Below are positions 37,372 to 50,210 of a DNA stretch of 64,000 nt, one piece after another. The DNA lies in assembly GCA_951406725.2 (NCBI GenBank), contig OX597815.1, positions 20,212,001 to 20,276,000 on the forward strand, given 5' to 3'. The DNA comes from Octopus vulgaris (Eukaryota). Both the position numbers and the translations under genes were made by a program. The notes beneath the pieces are model-generated. The model was not told where the DNA came from. It searched no databases and was given only the letters and a program-made list of their open reading frames with translations. Position 1 is the stretch's first letter; every line of letters begins with the position of its first letter.

Positions 37372-38699
37372 ATAGGAGAAGGAAAGATCCAGAGAAGGGA
37401 AGACAGAGGAAAAAAAAATCGCCAACAGTACACACGAGGTCACATTTTGAACATATATCACACACACACAGCTCTTTGAATGTTTCATGCCTTTGACAGG
37501 ACAACCTTTGACTACAAAGGTTCCTGTCAACCCCACATTTAACAGAATGCACTAGCTGCATTTTATCATGCCCTCAGCATTAGACGATAGAGAAGAGAGA
37601 GAGAGAAATGAACAGCAAAAGGTAGATAAATGATGAATGATGAGAGTGATTGTTGGATATCAATGCAAAACACTCAGAAATGAGTACAGATATGTGTATG
37701 ACTATCTACTTTTGAATATCTACTTGTGCATATGCCTCAGATAAGTAAGAGAGCTGAGCTAGGGTGTTGATAGGAATGAGAGATACTAGGGTGGAGCGTG
37801 ATTGAGAGGAAGGAATGTACAATGACTAACAGAGATCCATTGCCATCTTCACTCTCGCAGTGAGATTGAGAGATGAGCAACAGAGGCATGAATGATGTTA
37901 GATGCATGAATGATAAAGACATGGCAATACAGATATGGATGACAGTGGCATGGCTGATAGACAAATGTTTTATAAGAGAGATGTATGATAACAGGGATAT
38001 GCAGTAAGAGAGTGAATATAGAGAGGTGAGTGATAGAAGCATTAGAAAGATGAGAGACTATCAAAGTGGCCAATGAAGAGAACATGGTAGTATACATGAC
38101 ACACATATAAACACACATATATACACACATCTCATCATCATCATGATCATCGTCGTCGTTTAACGTCCGCTTTCTATGCTAGCATGGGTTGGTCGATTTT
38201 GACTGAGGGCTGGGGAACCAGACGGCCACACCAGGCTCCAATCTTGATCTGGCAGAGTAAGGCATGGGTGTTTGGTTAAGAAGCTTGCTTCCCAACCATG
38301 TGGTCTTGGGTTCAGTCCCACACTGTAACATCAGTGTCTTATCTTATAACCCCAGGCTTACCAATGCCTAGTAAGTGTATTTATTGGACAGAAAATGAAT
38401 GAAGCCCATTGTATGCTTGTGTATGGGGTTGGATGTGGCTGTGCACATGCACATGCATGCACACATTTGCGTGTATGCTCTCATCTTGACATGATGTGAT
38501 GGTTGTGAAAGCATTTCCATGAAAAACATATCAGGCCAGGGAAAAATCTGTCTCAAGAAATTCTTAAAATGACGATGATGATGACTGCTAATTAGGTTAA
38601 CTCGGGAACAGAAGCTATCAACTACTTCTAGAGAACCATCTGGGAATTAGGAGCCAATTTTGCAAGTGCTTGTAGTACTTACTGTCCCTGTGCATCTGC

Positions 38700-39465
38700 C
38701 ACATGTAACATTCATCTCTTGCACATACATAGTTTACTTTGGAGTTGCCATATAGAATTCCTACATACTCCCACATATCAATTTTCTACATATCAAAGAA
38801 GGCTATTTCCCTGATAGTGGCAGGGTCCTGTCTTTATTATTTGCTCATACCTTAGTCTTTGCTAAATTCACTTTAAGGCCTCTTGATTTTATGTTTTGCT
38901 TCCATGGCTGGAATTTCTTTTCTAATTTTATTACAGATTCAGCTATAAAAAATAGGCTATCAGCAAAACAGAGTACACATGGCCAGCTGGTTTTAAATTC
39001 CTCTGTTATAGTCCTCTTCTGTTCATTATAATCTTCTAAAAAAATAACAACTAAGAACTGAACCCTGGTGAACTCCCACCTTCATACTGAATTCACCACT
39101 ATACTTATTACTAACTTTTACCTTGCTAACAGCACCTATCTATATGGCTCTATAGAGCTTGTACAGCTCTCACAAGCTATTCATCTACTCCAATCCCACC
39201 TCAGTGACCACAGAGCAAATACCAGTTAGATGTGAGACCCAAATGTAAATATATGTATCTCCCAGCCTCCATCACTACCAAAATTTCAGTATTCACTTCA
39301 CTTGCATGAAGGACTGGATCTCCTCCAGCACTATGTTTTGCCAATCATCACAGTCCTTTGTCACTTCCTCCAGTGTTCTAATGTTGGTCTTCACCATTGC
39401 ATCCCATGGCTTTCTAAGACACCCACTTCCACAGGTTCCATTCACTTTAAGCACTTAGTACTTCC
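38700..39465 (-). mobile_element. Decayed RTE RT fragment and 3' remnant
   Basis: Minus strand encodes VGVHQGSVLS and a degenerate (Y/F)AD motif. Confidence 0.6.
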
Positions 39466-39484
39466 TTCGGTGTGTGTGTGCATA

Positions 39485-40187
39485 TGAGGTGGTATCAAAA
39501 GGCTCCCGGACAAGTTATGTTTAATGGAAAATAACTTACTTACCCAAGTTTTAGCATCATTTCCTTCAAAATAGTCACCTTACACAGCAATACACCAATC
39601 CCAGCATTCCTTTCACTTTTAGAATCCAAGCTTGAAGTCACTTTCTGCTGCCAGCCTCCTCTGGCACCTGTGCCGGTGGCATGTAAAAACCACCCATTAC
39701 ACTCACGGAGTGGTTGGCGTTTGGAAGAGCATCCAGCTGTAGAAACACTGCCAGATCAGACTGGAGCCTGGTGCAGCCTCCTGGCTTCCCAGAACCTGGT
39801 CGAACCGTCCAACCCATGCTAGCACGGAAAACGGACGTTAAACGATGATGATGATGATGATGAAATTGAGGACCTTATGCGATTCACTCTGGATCTCATC
39901 AACAGTGTTAACGCAGTGACCTATGAACTGTATTTTAATCTTGGGGAAGAGATGGAAGTCCACAGGTACTAAATCTAGTGAACAGGATGGATGTGGAATT
40001 GATACCAAGTGGTTTTTGGCAAGTAACTCATGAGTGAGAAAAGCTTAGTAACAGGGTACATTGTTGTCATGAAGTATCCAATTCTTCACACTCCACAGAT
40101 CCAATCACTTTCACCAAATGTCCTCCTTCAAATGCTTCAAAACATGGCACGCGACAACTAGCTCAGGAACCTTTTGATATAACCTAT
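39485..40187 (-). mobile_element. Non-autonomous mariner element interrupted by an RTE 3' fragment
   Basis: TIRs GAGGTGGTATCAAAAGG / CCTTTTGATATAACCT, TA flanks; relic translation WILHDNNVP...PHPSCSLDLVPVDFHLFPKIK...GDYFEG (HDNA, YSPDLAPxD and GDYFEG motifs). Confidence 0.85.
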
Positions 40188-41951
40188 ATATATACACAAC
40201 TATATATGTAGATATAGATTACATACACATATAGAGTAATCACACACATTCACATACTAAAGGGACGTGTACGTTCATAACACAAGAGCAAAAGATTTTG
40301 TCGTGTAAAAGGACTAGTATAAGTTCTTATTCAGAAATTCTCCTTTCCTAGTTGAATACCCATCTCAGTTGCATGGTTCATCTTTTGCCGTGTTTTCTAC
40401 AGCTGGATACACTTCCATTGCCAACCATATCTGTGAATGTGCAGGATGCATATTATCATGTATATATACTTAAACTATGTATGTACATATATCATCATCA
40501 TCATCTTTATCGTTTGGTGTAGACTTTCCATTACAGTCTAAGTCAGATATTAGGATTTACTGCCCCACTAGGCTAGTTGAGGATCACATTTCCCTTGTGT
40601 GCTATTTGTTTGGCATGTCCTACAGCTGGATGACTTTCCTATTGCCAACCACTTTAATGAGGATCTTACATTTTATCATAGCACCACCACATGAGAGGTT
40701 GCCTTGAAGCTATACCAAAAGATATTGTTCACTATCAACACTAAGCCTCATTCTCTTCATGAAATACCTCAACCACTGCATTCATTCCTCCAAGACATCT
40801 CAAACTAATTGGTACTTGCCAGCCTTGGGCCGTTGCCAGCCTCGCCTGGCCTCCGTGCCGGTGGCACGTAAAAAGCACCATCTGATCGTGGCTGTTTGCC
40901 AGCCTCCTCTGGCACGTAAAAAGCACTCACTACACTCATGGAGTGGTTGGCGTTAGGAAGGGCATCCAGCCGTAGAATCATTGCCAGATCAGACTGGACC
41001 TGGTGCAGCCTTCTGGCTTCCCAGATCCCAGTTGAACCGTCCAACCCATGCTAGCATGGAAAGCAGACGCTAAACGATGATGATGATGATGATTTATTAC
41101 ATTAAATTCAACCTAGGTAATTTTGACTTTTATTACCTAATGTCCCAAAATAAGTACCTGAAACCAACTCTATTAAAACGGTGCCATTTTTCTACCCAAA
41201 GTCCCCTTATATTATTCTTTAAAACAACCATTCTGAAATAGTTGTTTTATTGAGTATACCTTGGTTTTAGATTAGGTATACAGTATTCTCACATGTCATA
41301 AGAGGCAACTAAAAGACTGGCATCAAGAAGAGTATCCTGCCATAAAACACTGCACCAAAAATCCCACCCAACCCGTGTTAACCTGGAAAAACAAACAAAA
41401 AATTGGTGGTGGGAATGGTGGCATCAGCACCGACAATGTTTGCTCTAATAATTTCCAACATCATTTAATATTCAAATACTTTCACAGAAAATACTACTAG
41501 GTGCAGGAGTGGCTGTGTGGTAAGTAGCTTGCTTACCAACTACATGATTCCGGGTTCTCTCCCACTGAGTGGCACCTTGGGCAAGTGTCTTCTACTATAG
41601 CCTCGGGCCGACCAAAGCCTTGTGAGTGGATTTGGTAGATGGAAACTGAAAGAAGCCCGTCGTATATATGTATATACATATGTATCTATGTGTATATGTT
41701 TGTCCCCACCAACATCGCTTGATAACCGATGCTGGTGTGTTTACGTCCCTGTAACTTAGCGGTTCGGCAAAAAGAGACCGATAGAATAAGTACTAGGCTT
41801 ACAAAGAATAAGTCCTGGGGTCGATTTGCTCGACTAAAGGCAGTGCTCCAGAATGGCCACAGTGAAATGAATGAAACAAGTAAAAGATAAAAGATAAAAA
41901 AAGAAAAGATATCAGCTATTCTTAAAGGATTCTCAGTAGATAGAATCTTAC

Positions 41952-42021
41952 TTCTTTGTTAAATCCAGTTCCAGAGTCGTTATTGTTCAAAGTATTTTCA
42001 AACACTGGTTCTTTATCAGAT
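41952..42021 (-). CDS. HSF5-like gene, coding exon 4 (RSDKEPVFENTLNNNDSGTGFNKE)
   Basis: Acceptor TTTTGACCTTTTCCAG, donor GTAAGA; 70 nt; bridges phase 2 to phase 0 exactly as required. Confidence 0.72.
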
Positions 42022-42453
42022 CTGGAAAAGGTCAAAATCAGTAGAAATCTGTATTAATTTAATGAACTATTTCCATGTAAAGCAATTCAATTCAAAACAA
42101 AATTTGTATTTTTGTTTTATCTTATTTTTGTTTTATCTTGTTTTTGTTCTTTGTTTTTGCAGGTAGATATTTGAAATTGTTTTTCACAGTGAAATCAATA
42201 TTACTACATACATACATATAGTTTTTGTTTCGAATTGTTAAAAATGTTTGCATGTATTTCAACTATGCATTGATAATATAAAAGTCATATTTTTGTTAAG
42301 GAGTTTTAAGACAAAATTCAATGTTTCTTCAGTGCAAGTATATATCTGGCAGCATGATTCAGACATTACACAACCAAAACAAAGAACACCTCCACACACG
42401 TGCATCATCTTGCAAAACATCTTGGAAAATGCATAAACAAGAACAAGGACATT

Positions 42454-42842
42454 GGATGGAAGCACTCCGTCGGTTACAATGACGAGGGTTCCGGTTGATC
42501 CAAATCAACGGAACAGCCTGCTCGTGAAATTAACGTGTAAGTGGCTGAGCACTCCACAGACACGTGCACCCTTAACGTAGTTCTTGGGGATATTCAGCGT
42601 GACACAGACAGTGACAAGGCCGGCCCTTTGAAATACAGGTACAACAAAAACAGGAAGTAAGAGTGAGAGAAAGTTGTGGTGAAAGAGTACAGCAGGGATC
42701 ACCACCATCCCCTGCCGGAGCCTCGTGGAGCTTTTAGGTGTTTTCGCTCAATAAACACTCACAACGCCCGGTCTGGGAATCGAAACAGCGATCCTATGAC
42801 TGTGAGTCCGCTGCCCTAACCACTGGGCCATTGTGCCTCCAC
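42454..42842 (-). mobile_element. SINE family B2
   Basis: Match to the 15087 copy; 11-bp TSD ACAAGGACATT. Confidence 0.92.
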
Positions 42843-44109
42843 ACAAGGACATTACAGTCAGCATAAAAGCCACTGACTACAATATCATAATGTACAGATA
42901 ATAGGAGCTCTTCTGAAAAAAGAAAAAGCTTACCATAAACAAGCAGTGAGAATAAAATAATGTCAAGTGATATAAATAGTCACTCCTCATGGTCATAGTG
43001 CGTCACATTACTGATAGTCTATGGAACACAATCCGCACCACCATACAAGTAGTCCTTCAATAAATCACACAAAAGACAGTATACCAACTCAACAGACACA
43101 TAATCTCTCTCTCTCTCCATCTAACTGTCTATTTTCCTATCTTTCTTTATTTCTTTTAGCACCTTCCGAAAGAGGTATTTTGCCCAAACTATCAAAACTA
43201 ATTTAATATTTCTGAGGTAACATTTCAATATCTTTATTATTGTTATTTTTTTATATTCAATTTTTGATCTGCGTTACTATCGCTTTCTTTCTATAGCATA
43301 CTGATTTTCTACTACAACAAATTGCAATTAAATCTTAATCATATATTGGATGTGGGAATATGTCGTGTATTATTCATATGCAGGTCATTAATTCCATTCC
43401 ACTATGCAGAGCATCCAAAAATAGACTCTAGTTTCAAATATTCATGTTGTGATAAACAAAATTTCTTCATGCCTTTTTGTGTTATTGTAACACATCAAAT
43501 TCAAATCTGATTAACCTTGTATCTCGAGTGGTTTGAAAGTAAGTTTTGTGAGCTTAGTAAATAAAAGAAGGAAACCATGGTTGACTAGTCAACGTGCTGG
43601 AGACCTAGTCCATGGATAACATATTTAAACTCTATTGCATGCATTATATTGTGTTTTTAGACATTCCAATTATGTTAGTCTATCTACATTGAAACTTAAA
43701 TGTCATTCTTACTTCGTGATGTAGTAATTTATACAAAAGCATTCACGTGGAAAAATGTTTGTCTCGTGTGAGTGAGTGTGTGTGTGCGTGCGTGTACATA
43801 CACATATATATATATATATATCTGTAATATATATATTCTTCTATTTACATAATATCGAGGTCTCTTTCATTCTTTTGTTGTCTTACCATTGCTATATATA
43901 AATATATACCTCTACCACACATTTCATAAATATTTTAACCAGTCCATTCCTCCACTACTACCACAAACTGTGTAAACAAGCCAACAAGGGAACTTCTAAA
44001 TGATCCCCTCAACCTGCTAGAAATAACAGCCAACTCCCTTCCATTAAATCACACCTTCCATCTTAAAAAGAGACACATTAGATAATGTAAATCTCGATTC
44101 ATCTATCGA

Positions 44110-44610
44110 TAGGATAGATGTGTGTGCAGCTGTGAGGGGAAATTGTTGAATCACCATCCATGAGTTATCAGGGGGTGTGCAGATTAGTTACAGTTCAGTT
44201 CAGTCCATTATCACTGAAGATTTGGGTATGAGACATGTGTCTGCCAAGTTTGTGCCAAAATTGCTTTCAGTTGACCAAAAAGACACTTGGGTTTCAGTTG
44301 CACAAGATCTCCTTGATTGTGTCAAGAATGATGAAAACTTTTTGAAAACTTTGCATAGGCCTCTGAACAGGTATCACCAAACTTTTGGCGAAATTTGATG
44401 CAGTTTCTCTGTTATGGTTAATGCGATGATCACATGCTACACACCTTCCTTCCAAGCACTGCTGTAAACAGCAGGAGTGAGCTAGAAAGTTAAAACTTAG
44501 TATACATGCACAGCAGAGTTCAAGGTCAACCTATGCCAAGCAGCTTCACTCTGTGAGCTTCAGCTTCGTTACTATGGCAACAGTCTGGATACTTATTGAT
44601 CAGACCACAT
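44110..44610 (+). mobile_element. mariner transposase relic (HTH/linker region)
   Basis: ISYSSVQSIITEDLGMRHVSAKFVPKLLSVDQK (ORF 44177-44398); TIR-like end near 44610. Confidence 0.8.
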
Positions 44611-45607
44611 AGATAGCAATAATTCCAAAAACCTTCCCGAAATTAATAGTAAAATACCTTCCATTACAAACTGTATGCTGATTAAACTAGAGAGAACCTT
44701 TTCTGACAGAGTTGATTGTGATGTAACCTACATAAGATTTTGTATTTAATATACAGGTATCATCACAAAGACACCTGCGAACTAGATATGATATTGGCCT
44801 AGAAATGCTGGCCTGAAATAAAAACCAGACCTCAGTATTAAACATCATCATTGAGGGAGATTGCAATACCCTCAGTACCTCCTAGTTTTCAAATGGCACA
44901 GAAAATAAGACGGTATCTGAACAGCCCTTATATTCTAAATGACCCATATACACATACTGCACAAAGTCAACTACACCAACTCTTTCCCAGATCACTTTCT
45001 GTTCCACACACAAGCTCCTAGTTACCATAACCACTAGGCAAAGGACTCTCCAACTTTCCAAAGACAATATGCCTATTATCACCATGATACACTTACACAT
45101 CAATAACACTTTCATAAATTTTTTTTTAAATGGGATGAATTCTTCCAAAAAAAAAAAAAAAACAGGATCAACTTTTATCAAAATTCAATAGCATATTCCC
45201 ACATAAACACTGGAAGACATACATTCAACAAAATAATTATAGACACATTTAAAAAAATAAATCCCACAATCAATGAAAAAGAATACAACCGCATTTATGC
45301 ATCAGAAATTGATAAGCTCATAAAAACTAAAGACAACTTCAAAACAAAATATGCTAAAACCACATACAACCAAAACCCTGCGTCAGACAATTAAATTAGG
45401 AAATAATAAACCACAGGAAAAAAAGTAGCAAGTATTTGTATCCAATATAAATCACACACAAAACAAACAGTAAAAGAACATTGATCAAATTACACAATAT
45501 CAAGGTTAACACCCTCAAATAAAATATCCTCACTGCAATACAAAGATAATTGGATATTTCTCAAAACATGGCCCTTGCAAACCACATAAAGAACATAACA
45601 ATAAAGA

Positions 45608-45913
45608 AAATATTACGGAGATGTACTTGCATAGCAAGTGACTTGATCTGAGATCGTGTGCTGGAACGAAAACAATTGCAGCGTGGAAGGTGTTTACAAG
45701 CCGTTTAAGAAACACACAAAAGCCGTTAGATTCACTTCAACATTTAAATGTAATTTGTGAAAATATTTTCGTCGCTTTGAGACCACAACCTGTTCACTGA
45801 CAAAACTTCATGCTGCATAGATGCAGCATAAATTAAATTTAAATGTTGAAGTGAATCTAACGGTTTTTATGTGTTTCTTAAATGGCTTATAAACACCTTC
45901 CACGCTGCAATTG
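45608..45913 (-). mobile_element. Penelope-like fold-back element with a long target-site duplication
   Basis: Inverted repeat ~45673-45749 / ~45837-45913; 21-bp exact flanking direct repeat TAAAGAACATAACAATAAAGA (45587, 45914); hammerhead-like topology at ~45755-45806. Confidence 0.65.
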
Positions 45914-46017
45914 TAAAGAACATAACAATAAAGATAATATGTACCTTCCACCTACACCATGCTTTTAACCCCAAGCCTCTTTCTAACAGGCACCCAAAAA
46001 GCAATAAAGAAATTTAA

Positions 46018-46228
46018 CCCTTTAGTATTTAAACCGGCCAAAAGTATTCTGCTTGTTTTATGTTCAAACTGACCAGATCTGGTCTTTCACACCAACCCTA
46101 CAATATCATTTTAAAAATTAACAGCTACCTCATCAAAATCTCATAGCTACAAGATAATGCCTGATTAGTTCAAGACAATTTGGATAAAAAAGGATTAGTT
46201 TTGGCAGAATAATGCGAACACTAAAGGG
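46018..46228. mobile_element. piggyBac-type MITE
   Basis: TTAA|CCCTTTAGTATT ... AACACTAAAGGG|TTAA. Confidence 0.85.
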
Positions 46229-47649
46229 TTAAAAACTCAGAAGCCTCAGGGCCAGACAAAATCACAAATATACACCAAAAATACCCAGGCCTGAAGGAAT
46301 CACAGCACTCACTGACATCTGCAAATACTCTTACAAACACTGCTAAATTCCTAGAACCTGGGAAAATTATAACAATTCTAAATCTTGTCAAAAACCCCAA
46401 TGAAGCAATATCCATACAGACCCTTCACACTCCTTTGGACACCCTCAAAAATTCTAGAAAGGCTAATCTTTGCCCTCACAAACCCATACAGCACCCTCTC
46501 TCAAAACATAGGTTCAAACCATCACACTAATCACAAACCAAAAAAAGAATATCTGATGAGTTCAACAACAAAAGCCTCAACAAATACCATTGTAAATGCC
46601 ATCAACATTAACATGAATCTATTCTCTGCTACTTACATGCACAAAAATTTCTTGCCATAAGGAAAAACACAAAACACTGCTAGCAAACTATGTGCCAAGT
46701 CATTAAGCCTAAATAGTGTACAAGATCAATCATCATCATCATCATCTTCATCCTTTAATATCAATTTTTCATGTTTGCATGGGTTGGATGGCTTAGCTGG
46801 AGCTGACAAGCCAGAGAGCTGCCCCAGGCTCCAGTTTGATTTGGCCTGGTTTCTATGGCTGGATGCCCTTCCTAATACCAAACCTTTTACAGAGTGCGCT
46901 GGGTGCTTTTAACATGGCCTCCAGCATGAGCGCTTTTACGTGGCACTGGCACAGGACTCTTGCAGGCCAAATCCTCTTCACCACAGGATGCAGTCCTAAC
47001 ACTTCTGCTGTGTAGTCTTCTTCCAGAATCTGTTATTTTTCCTTGCAGGATGGCCCGCTGTGCTAACCTTGGATCGTAGAGTGACCCGCTGTTCTTGAGG
47101 AGACCTATTAAGTCAAGTATATCAACATCAAAATAAAAATTCAAATGGAAATTGTAGTTAAGACACCCGTGCCAGTGACATGTAAAAAGCACCATCCGAA
47201 CGTGGCAGATGCCAGTGCCGCCTGACTGGCGTCCGTGTCGGTGACACGTAAAAGCACCAACCGATCGTGGTTGGCGTTAGAAACACTGCCAAATCAGACT
47301 AGAGCCTGGTGCAGCCTACATGGCTTACCAGACCCCGGTCGAACCGTCCAAACCATACTAGCATGGAAAACGGACGTTAAATGATGATGATGATGAATAC
47401 CAGCCTCTTAGGCAGATAACATTATACCCTCCCACCAATCTACAAACACTAATGCAGAACTCTAACTCTGTTTCAGTCTAAGACTTAAAGTAGCATCTAT
47501 CAAATCCAGTCAGGCTTCTTGCCAGCAACACAACAGAGAACATCAAATACAACCAACCATTACACTGAACTCAACAACATAAACATACAATACACACAAG
47601 AGACAAAAATATTGTGAGTTGCATACACCTCCTCCACAACATTCCCACC

Positions 47650-47898
47650 TTTTGTCTTTTTGTCTTGAGATAGCATTCACCCAGGGTGGGTTGAGCTGGC
47701 TTCATTCATTCTCAATGCTGCATCTCTCACAAACGCCAACCAGACCTGGCAATTTGAGGCTAACGACCGCGTGAGCTCCAACCACTCCTTATTCTAGCAG
47801 CACACACCATAGATACAGGGGCCTAGGTTGGGTTCCAGATCAGCCTTGACTGTCATCAGCCAGGTTTTTCGTTGTCCACCACATCGCTTTCACCATAC
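47650..47898 (-). mobile_element. 3' fragment of a third RTE family
   Basis: Translates to W*KRCGGQRKTWLMTVKADLEPNLGPCIYGVCC*NKEWLELTRSLASNCQVWLAFVRDAALRMNEASSTHPG*; the GGQRKTW motif is RTE-typical. Confidence 0.8.
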
Positions 47899-48274
47899 TC
47901 AGAGCAACCAGAGACACAACTTTTTGCCAACAGAATAAAATATCAATAACGACCTGCTTGAGTTTTTCTTTGGAGAAAACTTCTCACTTCAGTCACTGAC
48001 ACTACATGAAAATCACTTCCAAACACCTGGACATCTATCAGAACCTTCAAACATGACTATAACAACATCCCAAGTCACTGTCCCTCTCCCTAAGGATTCA
48101 TACACATAAAGGACACATACACAGAAATAGCAGCAACATCAACACCCTCACTAGCCCTCACTCAGCTGGAATATCAATTGTTCTAAATTATTTCTGAGTC
48201 ACATACCAGCCCCCTAATAGATGCAGAGGAGTAGCAACTGGCCTACTCTAACTGTCCACCTTACCTACTTGCTA

Positions 48275-48938
48275 CCTATTTCTTTACTGCCCACAAGGGG
48301 CTAAACACAGAGGGGACGAACAAGGACAGACAAATGGATTAAGTCGATAATGTCGACCCCCAGTGCGTAACTGGTACTTATTTAGTGTATTGCTGTGGGT
48401 ACTGGAACCTGATTGTAGAGAGTTTACAAGGAGAAAGTCGACCTTGGCGGAATTTGAACTCAGAACGCAGCGGTGGACGAAATACCACGAAATGTCGCCC
48501 GGCGTACTAGCCGTTCTGCCAGCTCGCCGCCTTTCCTGCTACAGCTACCAACAGCATTTCCAGATATACAGGAATGGGTTGAGGAGTGGGGAGAGAGCAA
48601 TGTGTGCAGACTATGACACTGAACCCCAGACAATTAAGGGATACAGCTCAAAGTGTTCAGTGTAATCCCCAGACAGATGGAAACATGGAATAACTAGAAA
48701 GAAGGATTTGTGGGTCAGGCCTTGTTGTCCAGCCAGTCAACTACATGTCAATATGGTTGGCCGCCTGCTGTTACGTTCTGAGTTCAAATTCTGCCAAGGT
48801 CGACTTTACCTTTCATCCTTTCAAGGTAGATAAATTAAGTACCAGTTATGCACTGGGGTCGATGTAATCAACTTTAATCCCTTTGTCTGTCTTTATTTGT
48901 CCCCTCTATGTTTAGCCCCTTGTGGGCAATAAAGAAAT
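48275..48938. mobile_element. Two oppositely oriented family C SINE copies (~48275-48532 minus, ~48767-48938 plus)
   Basis: Match to 3617-4036; the first copy carries a foreign replacement segment at 48380-48437. Confidence 0.85.
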
Positions 48939-49016
48939 TTAAAAAATCATCCTTGACTAAACCTTTCTCCTTGTAAACTCTCTACAATCAGGTTCCAGTA
49001 CCCACAGCAATACACT

Positions 49017-49451
49017 AAATCTTCAAAGCCACAGTTGAACCAATTCTACTATACGGCTCAGAAACCTGGACGTTATCAAAGAAGCTTGAGAGGTGGTTGG
49101 ATGGGACCTACACTCGCCTCCTTATGAGAGCTCAAAATCTCTCGTGGAAGCGCCATCCAACCAAAATGCAAATATATGGGAAACTACCACCTGTGTCATC
49201 TCTTGTGAAAGGTAGGAGAGTCCAGTTTGCTGGACATTGTTGCAGAGCTGAAAAAAAAGTAATTTCTACTCTTCTCCTCTGGAAGCCATCTACTCGCAAT
49301 ACCAGAGGGCGCACACTCTCCTACCCTGATGTAATCTCCAGGGATACAGGCATCCAGCAACAGGACTTCCGTAATGCCATGATGGACCATGATGGACTGG
49401 CGTAGCATGGTAAATTCCATTGTCTCGACCTCGGTCGAACAATGATGATGA
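49017..49451 (+). mobile_element. 5'-truncated RTE-group LINE fragment, sister of 17446-17851
   Basis: IFKATVEPILLYGSETW...; (TGA)n tail; small internal duplication CATGATGGAC. Confidence 0.85.
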
Positions 49452-49675
49452 AAGATTTTTTTTTTTTTTCAAATTGACTAATTATCAATATTTTAAAACA
49501 AATATTTATCAACTATTTTACACAGTACATTTACTTTTAATTTTAAATACTTCAACCGTTATCTTCAATAAACAATTACTGGAATATTGATTGCAATTTA
49601 CAACTTGTGTACAGAAAAACTGTTAACATTTACAATTTTTATTTGTAATCAAATATAACTGAATTATTATATTAC

Positions 49676-49817
49676 CTGCATTTCTTACTCTCTGTCTGTG
49701 ACAAACAAAACTGAATGCAGTTACTATAATCAGGATGAGTTTGAATGCCAGGTTCAGTAAACCTCGGGATCTTCAGAGAAAGCTCCATGCCTGATTCAGC
49801 TTCACTGGGAAAATAAC
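49676..49817 (-). CDS. HSF5-like gene, coding exon 3 (GYFPSEAESGMELSLKIPRF...TESKKCR)
   Basis: Acceptor CTGTTTACGCAG, donor GTAAT; 142 nt, phase 1 to phase 2; open frame. Confidence 0.75.
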
Positions 49818-50141
49818 CTGCGTAAACAGTTTTATATGGATTATACAAAATATATATCAATTGAATTAATTTATTAGGAGGCTGAAAATTTGTTGTTGTT
49901 TTTGCTTTTTTTTTTTTAATCTAAGATTAAGATTAAAACTATTTTGTGACACTTTTAATGAAATACACCACCTATGTATTTCAATTATCATTAATTATTT
50001 TCTGAGATAATTTCATAAAATAACCAACTTTTTTATCATAAAGTTTAAAATTGTTCCTGTTAGAACTTAAATATATGAAATTGATCCAGAGTTTAGATAA
50101 AAATCTATTCTCAAAACAACCAGTATCATATACATATACAA

Positions 50142-50210
<69 letters not shown>

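Larger units (their letters stand above)
44650..48270 (+). mobile_element. Very old fragmented LINE (I/Jockey-like), riddled with younger insertions
   Basis: IIIEGDCN (GDFN-like) near 44850, ASGPDKITNIH near 46245, YRPFTLLWTPSKILERLI in ORF 46385-46660; A/C-rich strand bias throughout. Confidence 0.55.
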
